Assembly: GCA_963666425.2 (NCBI GenBank) | Contig: OY762825.2 | Location: 384,001 to 448,000 of the forward strand | DNA from: Bacillota bacterium | GTDB lineage: Bacteria > Bacillota > JAAYKD01 | Length of the DNA: 64,000 nt | Direction: 5' to 3' | In this document: one piece after another, positions 12,053-21,332 of the stretch | Numbering within the stretch: position 1 is the first letter of the stretch | How the letters are laid out: every line of letters begins with the position of its first letter | The notes under the pieces: model-generated | Database searches by the model: none | The model's input: only the letters and a program-made list of their open reading frames with translations | Told to the model about the DNA's origin: nothing | Program-made: the position numbers and the translations under genes

Positions 12053-12088
12053 ACAAAAGACTCCTTATCAGCTTCTTACTCTACGCAA

Positions 12089-12913
12089 TTATTCGGAGAG
12101 CGGTTGAATGGAAATGGCTTCATTCATCAGCTTTTCAAAATCACTGACGGTCATTTTTGCTAAAACACTGTTGATGACAGACAGCAGTTCCTTGTTCCCC
12201 TTTTTAACGGAAATACCCAGATTGACTTCTTCGTCGGATACCTGGAAATTGCCCGCAGCACCGGTAAAATCCAAAATGACCAGATCATCATAAACTTTTA
12301 CCGCAGCCATCGCGGTGGGTAAATCACAGACCACATAATCCACTGCTTTGGATTCCAGAGCGACCAACATCGAAGAAGCAGTCTCTTGAGCGGCTAGAAC
12401 ATTGGCATTGGCAATCTGTGGCAGGCAAACATCATACCAAACGGTGCCCAACTGAGACGTCGCAGTGCCGCCCGCTAAATCAGCAATGCCTTTGGCAGCG
12501 GCAAAAGCGCTGCTTTTGCTTGTCAAGGTAACAATGGAAGCATAATAGTAAGGTGTGGAAAAATCAACTTGCTCCAGACGCTCCGCCGTAATGGATTGAC
12601 CGGCAATTACAGCATCCACATCACCGGATTTGAGAGCGGGAATCAGAGAATCCCAATCCAACTTGACGATTTCCAGTTGATAACCTAGTTTTTCCGCGAT
12701 TTTCTTCGCCATCATCACATCGTAGCCGTTGGCATATTGAGAGCTGTCGGCAATTTTCACTGCATCATGGGTCTTTTCGTCCTGAGCCCAGTTGTAAGGA
12801 GCGTAGCTGCACTCCATGGCGACACGAAGGGTCTTTGGCTGTTTGTTGGTGTTGCAGGCGGCTAAAGAAAATACCAGAACCAGGAGTAAGAGAATAGAGC
12901 TAATCTTTTTCAT
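12089..12913 (-). CDS. Amino-acid ABC substrate-binding lipoprotein (SBP family 3; probably lysine)
   Basis: Lipobox LAAC; YAPYNW, GYDV and ITAERLEQVDFS motifs; lies under a lysine riboswitch. Confidence 0.9.
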   Translation of the reverse strand: MKKISSILLLLVLVFSLAACNTNKQPKTLRVAMECSYAPYNWAQDEKTHDAVKIADSSQYANGYDVMMAKKIAEKLGYQLEIVKLDWDSLIPALKSGDVDAVIAGQSITAERLEQVDFSTPYYYASIVTLTSKSSAFAAAKGIADLAGGTATSQLGTVWYDVCLPQIANANVLAAQETASSMLVALESKAVDYVVCDLPTAMAAVKVYDDLVILDFTGAAGNFQVSDEEVNLGISVKKGNKELLSVINSVLAKMTVSDFEKLMNEAISIQPLSE

Positions 12914-12935
12914 TTTAATCATCCTTTCCTACTAT

Positions 12936-12975
12936 AAAAAAAACATGAGTATTTTCACTTAAGAAAACACTCATG
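12936..12975 (-). terminator. Riboswitch expression-platform terminator
   Basis: CATGAGTGTTTTC-loop-GAAAATACTCATG followed by T8, between the aptamer and the SBP start. Confidence 0.8.
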
Positions 12976-13009
12976 ATCCCGTGCCTGTATCAATACAATA
13001 ACACGATCG

Positions 13010-13172
13010 ATGATAGCGCTCCACCTAAGTGACAGTCTGCAGCATATTTTACTGCAGCCCAGCATCTCCTGTTCAGACAAATCAGGAAACACTTCGGCGA
13101 AGCTCCCCGTTCAGCATCGGCCGATGTTCTGTCGTCGCCGCTGCTTACTGATGGTCTTCGCTCCTCTATCTT
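13010..13172 (-). ncRNA. Lysine riboswitch (L-box)
   Basis: Minus strand reads GATAGAGGAGCG...AGTA...GCCGAA...TGGG...AATA...CTGTC...GGAGCGCTATC, the conserved L-box landmarks with P1 GATAG/CTATC. A TTGACA-17-TAAAAT promoter lies upstream (13198-13226) and a terminator downstream. Confidence 0.9.
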
Positions 13173-13249
13173 TTCATATTTTTTTGTTATAACATCTATT
13201 TTAACACATTACAAAACGCTTGTCAAGCAAATTTCAGAATTTTGGAAAT

Positions 13250-14569
13250 TTATACGCGCTGTGCCTCATACTGCCGCAGCAATTTGACAAAGAGTTCCGG
13301 CACCTTTCGCATATTCTCCGGTGTTTCTACGAAGGAGATGCGGAATTGTGTGCTGCCGGGGTTCTTCTCGCCTTTGGGGATATCATAAAATCCTTTTAAT
13401 GGCGCTAACAACAAGGTTGTCTCTACGCCGCCGCAGTTTACCGAACCTTTTTGAGCGCAGTATAAGACAAAATCAACGCTGTCAAATCCCGCTTTGACGA
13501 TCTTTCTGACATCAATCACCGTATAAATCGAGGCATCCGGACTGGAGACGATCAGATCAGGTTCCTCCGCCAATAAGGCATCATGTACTTCAAAGATCAT
13601 TTTCTGATAATAATCGCGATTGCTTTTACACCAACTGGCGATCTCTTCTTTGCTTTCATGGGCGAGAGCGCCAAAAATATATTGACCAATGACATTAGAG
13701 CAGAGATTTGTCGTGTATTCTGCCACAGAACGATCGTTGAATTCCGGACTGTCTGTAATCAAAGCGCCTACCCGTAAACCGCAGGCATTCCATACTTTAG
13801 AAGCAGTCTCAATACTGATTCTTCTGCCTTCGATGCCGGCTACTTCAGCATCCGTGATTCCCCAAATACTGACCAGGTCCTTGCCGCCGGTATAATATAA
13901 TTCGCGGTAGGCCTCGTCACTGATCATCCACATATTATATTTGACACAAAGCGCTGCCAAAGCTTTGAGTTGTTCATAATCATAAAGCTGGCCGGTTGGA
14001 TTGTCATAAGGAATCACCAACATGGCGCCGGGCTTGCTTGCCTGAATTGTTTTTTCAATTTCCGCAAGAGAAGGCAGACTGAATTTACCATCATTGGATA
14101 AACCGCGTTTGACGGTGACTGTCTTGCGCCCAACTCGCTGTGCAAATGAGATATAATTGGTATAAGCCGGGTCGATCATCAGCAACGGTTTTTCTTCCGA
14201 ACCGGCAGGGCCACAGACGCCCAAAATAACCAATTCCATCCCGGAAGAACCGCCGTCGGTCACCTGAACGGCTAATTTGCTGGTATCGAAACCCTCGCAG
14301 GCCAGGATATTTTTAAACGCATTCTGGCATTCTTCGAAGCCCGCAGTGGTGGAGTACCTGACAACACCTTTGGCAAAGGGGCTGTCGGGTGCATCCAAAT
14401 GAAACATTCTTTTTTGCATGGCTGGATTGGTTGGTAATGAAACATTGCCAATACCAACATTGATCACCGCCGCCGGTTTGTTTTGACGTTCTTCATATTT
14501 CATCTGAGCCAATCGCACGGCTGATGGTTTTCTTGATTCAAAATGAGTTGACAATTCCGGTTTACTCAT
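13250..14569 (-). CDS. PLP-dependent aminotransferase class I/II
   Basis: DNPTG, SDEAY and ASKVWNACGLRVG (PLP lysine) motifs; start moved to MSKPEL. Confidence 0.85.
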   Translation of the reverse strand: MSKPELSTHFESRKPSAVRLAQMKYEERQNKPAAVINVGIGNVSLPTNPAMQKRMFHLDAPDSPFAKGVVRYSTTAGFEECQNAFKNILACEGFDTSKLAVQVTDGGSSGMELVILGVCGPAGSEEKPLLMIDPAYTNYISFAQRVGRKTVTVKRGLSNDGKFSLPSLAEIEKTIQASKPGAMLVIPYDNPTGQLYDYEQLKALAALCVKYNMWMISDEAYRELYYTGGKDLVSIWGITDAEVAGIEGRRISIETASKVWNACGLRVGALITDSPEFNDRSVAEYTTNLCSNVIGQYIFGALAHESKEEIASWCKSNRDYYQKMIFEVHDALLAEEPDLIVSSPDASIYTVIDVRKIVKAGFDSVDFVLYCAQKGSVNCGGVETTLLLAPLKGFYDIPKGEKNPGSTQFRISFVETPENMRKVPELFVKLLRQYEAQRV

Positions 14570-14723
14570 GAGTTTGTGTCCTCCTAAACATCTCAATCTA
14601 AAATCATTGTCATCATATTAGCACTTTATTTCGCTAATTGCAAGATTTGAGTTGAAACTATTTTACTTTAAACCAGCTCAAATTCTCTGCTCTAAAAAAA
14701 TAACTCAGCTTGTTATATAAGTT

Positions 14724-14990
14724 TCAATCGGTGACCATACCGACAGAAATCCAACCGCGAAAGACATGCTTCGCTTTTTGCAGCACGACGGTGCGGCGAT
14801 AAACCTGCCCCGATACACTCTCCACACCGGGATTCATGCGTGCGGCCAGAAAAGACAGCAATTCTTCCCAGGCATAGGGTGGCTGATAAGCCAGTAACAA
14901 GGTCAGTTTACAGTGCTTCTTAAGACGATTCTTGTCCTTCCTATGAAGCCGGCACGATGTTAATCTTGGCCTATATTCCTTACGATTCAT
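14724..14990 (-). pseudogene. Truncated AlkA N-terminal-domain remnant
   Basis: LAYQPPYAWEELLSFLAARMNPGVESVSGQVYRRTV...GWISV matches AlkA_N and then stops; no glycosylase domain follows. Confidence 0.65.
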
Positions 14991-15146
14991 TCTCCCTCAC
15001 CTCGTTCCAACGATAGTCTGAAAATTCGTCTGCATCTTCAGTCTCTACTATATTATGCTGTTTGCTCTTACCGATAGGACCTGGGTTAGAATCCTGAAAC
15101 TCGCTCGGTTGCCGCTGAAAGAGTTTAGCTTTTGCACAACTCATTA

Positions 15147-15204
15147 TTTTGAAGCCAAGGTGACCGTTTGGCACACCGCCGAAACCGCCGCCTTGGCTTC
15201 AAAA
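15147..15204. terminator. Inverted repeat / terminator after the pilin-like gene
   Basis: TTTTGAAGCCAAGG...CCTTGGCTTCAAAA. Confidence 0.55.
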
Positions 15205-15215
15205 ACTAAAATGCT

Positions 15216-16235
15216 CTATTGAACAGTCAAATCAGCAATTTTCACAGGTGCGCCATTCCAAGCTCTGAAGCCTGTATTGTTATTGGCGGGATCAATGGCG
15301 CTATCGATCTCAAAATTAGTCAGCAGGACTTCTCCGTCCAAGGTTAGCGTCAGCAATTTTTTTCCAGCACTGTCACTGTTTTCTACCGATAAGGATAGTT
15401 CTTTTTCAGCGGTCCACCAAGCGCTGTCTGTATGATAAGGGATACTTGTGTTTTTGATGGTGGATGTACTTCTATTCCCAATCCGCGCTAGAATTTCTGC
15501 TCCCAGGCTCTCGCTTTCACTTCCGCTCACTCTTTTTCGAATTACAATCTCACTATACCCCTTATCAAACTGCAGAACATAACCCGTGTCCCGGTTATTG
15601 TTAGCAGTATCAAGCGATGTTTCAAAAAAAAGCCCCACGCCGCCTGATTCAGTCGAATTTTCTCCCAACTGAAAGTTGGCTTTTAACGTATACTCCTCTT
15701 TATTATTGGCAATAAATAGTAAATCGCTGCCATTGGTTCCGGTTGAATTCAAACCATCTGCATTGATCGACCAGGTTGAACCTCCGCCACCACCCCATTT
15801 ACTGAATAAAAACTGATCTTTGGACAGATCGGCAAAATCATAGTAAACGATTGGATTTTCCGCAGTACCGGCAACTATTCTGTAAAGCCATTTTTGGCTT
15901 TCTATATGCCAGACAAATTCCGCATTTTTGTGCTGTGGAGTTAACATTGCATCCAAAAACTTATAATCCACGAGTACAGCCATCCGAAGCGGATTTGTGG
16001 CAATCCCTGTAAAAATATCACCGCCAGATTTATTCTCCAGTAAACCATATGAAGTAGTTGCCGTATTGAGCATATGCAGCGCAGTCTGGTCGGCTGCTAT
16101 TTGCGCTCGTTCAATATAACCAATTAGGCTTGGAATAGCAATCGCCGCAAGAATACCGAGAATTGTCAGTACGATAACCAACTCGATCAGGGTGAATCCA
16201 TCTTTGCTGCGATAGGCATTCGGTTGTTTCGGCAT
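15216..16235 (-). CDS. Type IV prepilin-like protein with a C-terminal beta-sandwich (lectin/DUF1080-like) domain
   Basis: Class III signal peptide DG|FTLIELVIVLTILGILAAIAIP; beta-rich C-terminal ~200 aa (YTLKANF...GGVGLFF...GYVLQFD...GFRAW...IADLTV). Confidence 0.75.
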   Translation of the reverse strand: MPKQPNAYRSKDGFTLIELVIVLTILGILAAIAIPSLIGYIERAQIAADQTALHMLNTATTSYGLLENKSGGDIFTGIATNPLRMAVLVDYKFLDAMLTPQHKNAEFVWHIESQKWLYRIVAGTAENPIVYYDFADLSKDQFLFSKWGGGGGSTWSINADGLNSTGTNGSDLLFIANNKEEYTLKANFQLGENSTESGGVGLFFETSLDTANNNRDTGYVLQFDKGYSEIVIRKRVSGSESESLGAEILARIGNRSTSTIKNTSIPYHTDSAWWTAEKELSLSVENSDSAGKKLLTLTLDGEVLLTNFEIDSAIDPANNNTGFRAWNGAPVKIADLTVQ

Positions 16236-16391
16236 TTGCTTCTCCTTTATCTGTGAATGCATACTTTGATAATACCAATATATGGGATTTTTTTCTGCTC
16301 CCTCTTTGGCTAACGATTGATTAATTCATTTGGGCTATATTAGACTATCTCAAGAAATTCACTATTCAATCCCCTTTGGAAATCAGGTTTT

Positions 16392-18674
16392 TTATAAGGA
16401 GGCCACTATTACTCTGTCTCTGCCATTTTGCTTTGCTTGATAAAGGGCGGTATCCACACATTTTATGAGTTCTTGACTGGTCAAACCATGTTCAGGGAAA
16501 GCAGCAACACCAAGCGAAAGTGTACATTTCCCAAGTGGCTTACCGAGATGATAAACCAGAAGCTGTTTTACTCCTGTTCGAAGTTCCTCAGCACGAAGGG
16601 TGGTTTCATCCAAAGTAGCACCGGGTAAAACCGCTATGAATTCTTCTCCGCCAAAGCGGCAAACGATGTCCCCGCCACGGGTATTTTTTCTTAAAAACAC
16701 GCCCAATTCCCGGAGCAAAGCATCCCCCGCATCATGCCCGGAAAGATCATTGAATTCTTTAAAATGATCAATGTCAAACATGATCAATCCCACCGTAGAC
16801 TTCTCACGAGCAGCACGGCGCAGCTCTCTTTCCAGTGATTCTTCCATATAGCGACGATTGAAAAGACCGGTTAGAATATCCCGTATTGATTGCAGCCGTA
16901 ATGTTTCGCGAAGATTCAAATTTGATAAAGCAAGCGCAATATGTTCAGCTATTGTAACAATAAATTGTATTTTATGTTCATTATAAAATCCATTTGCAGA
17001 TTTCTGAAGATCCTGATCTTCTGAACCCGGATTCAGGTGTATCATACCGATGATTTCACCATTCGCTAACATAGGCACGCACAGATATTGACTATTATGT
17101 GGGTCCGAAATATGTCCACAGAGTAACCCTGGATGATTGTGATCAATGATATGAGGACGACCACGCCGAATTGCCCAGCAATTGATCGGTAAAAATGTCT
17201 TGTCTGTTGTCAGATTGCTACCCCACATTTCTATCGCCTCAGCTAAATCCTTTGATGGACTAATCAGATATAAAGCACCTTGACTTGTTGGGAACAACCT
17301 TTGTATATATTGAGCACTGAGAGAACAAGCCTCGCCAATATTCTGACAATTCTGGAGCTGCTCTCCCATTTCACTCAATTGGTTTAATTCACCTGTCCTT
17401 TCTTCAAGTTCCTTCACCCAAATGACCAATTTCCGGCTCGCTTCACTCAGCTCAGTTTCAGCTCGTCTCTGTTCCGTAATATCGATTCCTGTTGCAACAA
17501 TATACTCAACCTTACCCGAATGATCCAATAGGACTGTATTGATCCATGAAATGAGCCGAGATACGCCATCCTTTCTGAGCCAATAGTTTTCATGAATACT
17601 GGGGTAATTTCCAATCAACAATTTCTGAAACATTTTTTGAGTCAATGCCGTGTTGCCAGAAAGCGCATCCCAGATGTGTTGACCTTCCATCTCCTTAAAC
17701 GAATAACCTGTCGTCTTTTCACAAGCCGAGTTGAATCTGGTGATTACTCCTTCCTGGTTTAAAACCAGAATTAGTGACGCCGCAGTATCTAAAATAGCGT
17801 TTGTAAAATCGCGTTCTTTGGTTAATTCTTCTTCCACACGCTTCAGGTTGGTAATGTCTCTTATGGAAGTCAGCAATACCTGACTCTGTTCTTTGAAATC
17901 GATCAGGTCTGTGTTAATAAGGACAGAAATAACCTTCCCATCTTTCTGCCTAAATTTCGTTTCAAAATCACGCACAACACCTAATTTTTGCGTCAGATCG
18001 AGCAAATGTTGCCTTTCAGTAGTATTAAAATAAAAATCGCGGACGTTTTTCTCTATTAACTCATTTGCATTATAATCCAATAGTTCTTGCAACGCTTGAT
18101 TATTAGCGATCAAATTACCATTAAAATCTGTAACAGTAATTCCAATCGGAGCATTATTAAAAAGAAGATGATACCCGTCCTCGGTTTCTTTCAAATTTTT
18201 CTGAATTTTTTTGAATTGAGTCACGTCATGGATGGAGGTTAACAGAAGTTTTGTATTTTCGATATCAAGATAGTCTGAATTCAGTAAAACTGTCAAATAG
18301 GTTCCGTTTTTGTGTTTTATTTTTGTCTCAAAATTACTGACACGCCCAAACTGATTCAATAGATCCAGAAGATGATCGCGATCCTTTGAATCCGCATAAA
18401 AGTCAGTGATATTCATTGTAGTAATTTCTTCCGGAGTATAACCTACTAATTCTTGTAAAGCTTGATTGACATTTAGAATATCCCCATGTGCATTCGATAT
18501 TATGAGACTAAGCGGTGCAGTATTAAAGAAAAAATGGAATTTTTCCTCTTGTGTTCGTAAGGTCTCCTTTGTTTTCTGATACTGAACCTTTATCGCTTCC
18601 AGTTCAATCTTCTGGCTTTCCAGAATCTCGATCCGCTTGATTAACTGTTCTCGACTCCATTCTTGTTTATCCAT
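16392..18674 (-). CDS. Cytoplasmic diguanylate cyclase, PAS-PAS-PAS-GAF-GGDEF
   Basis: Three PAS/PAC repeats and a GAF domain (CWAIRRGRP, LCVPM); DILTGLFNRR; RGGD I-site; RFGGEEF. Confidence 0.9.
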   Translation of the reverse strand: MDKQEWSREQLIKRIEILESQKIELEAIKVQYQKTKETLRTQEEKFHFFFNTAPLSLIISNAHGDILNVNQALQELVGYTPEEITTMNITDFYADSKDRDHLLDLLNQFGRVSNFETKIKHKNGTYLTVLLNSDYLDIENTKLLLTSIHDVTQFKKIQKNLKETEDGYHLLFNNAPIGITVTDFNGNLIANNQALQELLDYNANELIEKNVRDFYFNTTERQHLLDLTQKLGVVRDFETKFRQKDGKVISVLINTDLIDFKEQSQVLLTSIRDITNLKRVEEELTKERDFTNAILDTAASLILVLNQEGVITRFNSACEKTTGYSFKEMEGQHIWDALSGNTALTQKMFQKLLIGNYPSIHENYWLRKDGVSRLISWINTVLLDHSGKVEYIVATGIDITEQRRAETELSEASRKLVIWVKELEERTGELNQLSEMGEQLQNCQNIGEACSLSAQYIQRLFPTSQGALYLISPSKDLAEAIEMWGSNLTTDKTFLPINCWAIRRGRPHIIDHNHPGLLCGHISDPHNSQYLCVPMLANGEIIGMIHLNPGSEDQDLQKSANGFYNEHKIQFIVTIAEHIALALSNLNLRETLRLQSIRDILTGLFNRRYMEESLERELRRAAREKSTVGLIMFDIDHFKEFNDLSGHDAGDALLRELGVFLRKNTRGGDIVCRFGGEEFIAVLPGATLDETTLRAEELRTGVKQLLVYHLGKPLGKCTLSLGVAAFPEHGLTSQELIKCVDTALYQAKQNGRDRVIVASL

Positions 18675-18692
18675 CCTATTCTCCTTTTCAAC

Positions 18693-20003
18693 CTATAAAA
18701 TAAAGATCTCTTCAATCGCTTTGCCTGTCGTATTGGGTAAAGCAATCCCTAAAATTCTCGCCATTGTCGGAGCGATGTCTTTCATTTCAGCCGCCGCGAA
18801 ACGATAATTTTTCTTGAGAATATCTCCTGAAATCAGCAAATTACAGCGATAGTTTGGCTTATCCGGGGAGTAACCATGCGTGGCATAGGGGATATTTTGC
18901 GCTGACAGATCCAGAATAACCGGCAAGTCAAGGCTGTCGTCAAAACTATAACCAAGCTTTGCTTCCAGCATCGCAGGGACGGATGGATCCACATGCAGCT
19001 GATCCAATTCCTTACGAGTGATTATTTTTTCGATCCCATAGCAGCCTGCTGCGTAAGCATTCTGCAAAACCGTGAGAGCCATTCTTTCGGCTTCTGCATC
19101 ACCCGAACGAAGATGCAGATAAGCAGAGCCGCCTGCGCTTTGACAATAGGCTCTCCAGCTTCTTTTGCCATTCTCTTCGCTGATTAATCCTGCTGCTGCC
19201 AACAGCTGATTCAGATGAACTTGGTAGCTGACGTTGAATTGACCATGATCCCCTAAGACAAGAAAGACAGTTTCTTCGCGGATCCCGGCTTCCTCCACCG
19301 CTTGCATGATTTTACCCAATCTTGCGTCCATCCGCGCCAGCACCGGCTCGATTTCCGGACCGTTTGTGCCTCGTTTATGCTTTGTATCATCCAGGTCAAC
19401 CAGATGCAGAAGTAAAAGATTGGGTTTCTTGCTGCGAATCGTATCAACTGCGCAAAGGGTTGAAAAATCATCCAGCTGCGGCTGGGCAATTCCTTTTCGA
19501 TAACGCCCATATTTCCATTCCATTTCAAGACAGTAGAGGGGACTGCCGTTTCTCAGGATCTTCAGGGTTTGATTCTCCTGCTTGATCGCCACAATCTCCG
19601 GTAAATTGTAGCGGATGCGCGCCTTACCGCTGACCGGCCAGAGGATGGCTGCCGCTGTCAGGCCAACTGCATCTGCCGCGTCATATATGGTTGCTGTTTT
19701 AATTTCACGCCGATACCAATACCAACTCTGGTCCTTTTCACTCACAAACGGTTCAAAATGATTATTATGAATGATACCATGCCGATCCGGATCAACCCCG
19801 GTCACCATGGTGGTGTGTACAACATAGGTCAGCGTAGGATAAACGCTTCTCAATTGTGTCGTATAGGCACCGTTTCCGATTAATTGTTTCAGGTTCGGAT
19901 AACGGCTGGCCTGCTGCCAATGATCTTCTGAAAATGCATCATAAGAGATAACAATCAGGTGTTTCGCTGTCTGCGGTCTCATCTGTTCCTCTGCCGAAAA
20001 CAC
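18693..20003 (-). CDS. Alkaline phosphatase-superfamily nucleotide pyrophosphatase/phosphodiesterase
   Basis: ISYDA, YPTLTYVVHTTMVTG (Thr nucleophile), DDTKH, GDHG and HGY motifs; no signal peptide. Confidence 0.85.
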   Translation of the reverse strand: MFSAEEQMRPQTAKHLIVISYDAFSEDHWQQASRYPNLKQLIGNGAYTTQLRSVYPTLTYVVHTTMVTGVDPDRHGIIHNNHFEPFVSEKDQSWYWYRREIKTATIYDAADAVGLTAAAILWPVSGKARIRYNLPEIVAIKQENQTLKILRNGSPLYCLEMEWKYGRYRKGIAQPQLDDFSTLCAVDTIRSKKPNLLLLHLVDLDDTKHKRGTNGPEIEPVLARMDARLGKIMQAVEEAGIREETVFLVLGDHGQFNVSYQVHLNQLLAAAGLISEENGKRSWRAYCQSAGGSAYLHLRSGDAEAERMALTVLQNAYAAGCYGIEKIITRKELDQLHVDPSVPAMLEAKLGYSFDDSLDLPVILDLSAQNIPYATHGYSPDKPNYRCNLLISGDILKKNYRFAAAEMKDIAPTMARILGIALPNTTGKAIEEIFIL

Positions 20004-20004
20004 G

Positions 20005-21261
20005 CTAGACCACTTCCACTTCTGCGCTTTTCACAGCATCTTTGGGTAACGTGATGAAGACGAAAAAGCCTGCAATGAACAGCGGAATAATTGCCAGAAT
20101 ACTCAATTTGGCATTACCGGTCAGGGTGGTTGTCAATGCCATTATCGCTGGTCCTACAATCGCTGCAAATTTACCAAAAATATTGTAGAAACCAAAGAAT
20201 TCATTGGATTGTTCCTTAGGGATAATCTTGGCATAATACGACCGGCTCAAAGCTTGAATGCCGCCTTGCGCAGAGCCGATCAAAGCGCCTAAAATGAAAA
20301 TATGCCAGACTGAACTGATAAAGAAAGCGGCGATACAGGAAATGATGTAGGTAAAAATGCCAACGATAATCATGCTCCTGGCAGAATACTTCTGCGCCAG
20401 ATTACCATACAGAATCGCGCAGGGAAAAGCAATGATCTGAATCACCAATAAAATTCCCAGTAGGGTGAAGGTATCCAAGGCGTTTGTGCCCAAGACCGTG
20501 GTGGCGTAAGGCACCACCATCTTAATAATCGTATCCACACCGTCAATATAGAGGAAATAGGCAATCAAAAAAACAAAAACGGTCTTGTGCTGTTTGATGT
20601 TGCGGAAAGTTTTTGCCAGCCGCTTAAAGCTGTTGCCAATTGGGTTGGGTTCCGATTCAATGTAATGCTTCTGCCGTACATCTCTGATCATTGGCACGGT
20701 TAAAAGCCCCCACCAGAGCGCGGTGACGATAAAGCCAATCTGATAACCGATTGCTTTGTCCATACCCAAAAGAAAAACTAAAACCAGACTAAGTCCAAAA
20801 GGAATCACGCTGGAGATATAGCCGAAGGCAAAACCGCTGGTAGAGACCTTATCCATTCTGTCATCCGGCGTGATATCGACTAAGAAGGAATCATAGAAAA
20901 TATTCGAACCGGCAAAACCGATGGCAGACAGAATAAAGAAGAGGATCAACAATTGCCATTGCCCGCTGGCCGGAGAAACAAAAGCCAACGCTGCCGTCGA
21001 AAGGATGCCGAGAAAGGCAAAGAAAATGAAAAAGCGCTTTTTCTTATCCTTATAGTCGGCAATCGTGCCTAAAATCGGGCTGAGGATGGCGATAAAAATA
21101 CTGGCAATGGAATTAAAATAACCCAAATCCATACTGCTCTGCACATTACGGAACATACCGAAAACAATTGGCAGCAAGGCTGTTGTCACTGCCATGGAAT
21201 AAGCCGAATTACCACAGTCATACAAAACCCAGGATCTTTCCTCTTTCGTCAGCTTCATCAT
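20005..21261 (-). CDS. MFS transporter (UMF1/Atg22-like)
   Basis: 12 hydrophobic segments; SWVLYDCGNSAY, LGTIADY and QALSRSYY motifs. Confidence 0.85.
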   Translation of the reverse strand: MMKLTKEERSWVLYDCGNSAYSMAVTTALLPIVFGMFRNVQSSMDLGYFNSIASIFIAILSPILGTIADYKDKKKRFFIFFAFLGILSTAALAFVSPASGQWQLLILFFILSAIGFAGSNIFYDSFLVDITPDDRMDKVSTSGFAFGYISSVIPFGLSLVLVFLLGMDKAIGYQIGFIVTALWWGLLTVPMIRDVRQKHYIESEPNPIGNSFKRLAKTFRNIKQHKTVFVFLIAYFLYIDGVDTIIKMVVPYATTVLGTNALDTFTLLGILLVIQIIAFPCAILYGNLAQKYSARSMIIVGIFTYIISCIAAFFISSVWHIFILGALIGSAQGGIQALSRSYYAKIIPKEQSNEFFGFYNIFGKFAAIVGPAIMALTTTLTGNAKLSILAIIPLFIAGFFVFITLPKDAVKSAEVEVV

Positions 21262-21332
21262 GGAACCTCCCTAAAATTAGCTGCTGATGCGTTGCTGTGC
21301 TCAGGCAGCCGAATCACGTCTTCCTGCGGCTT

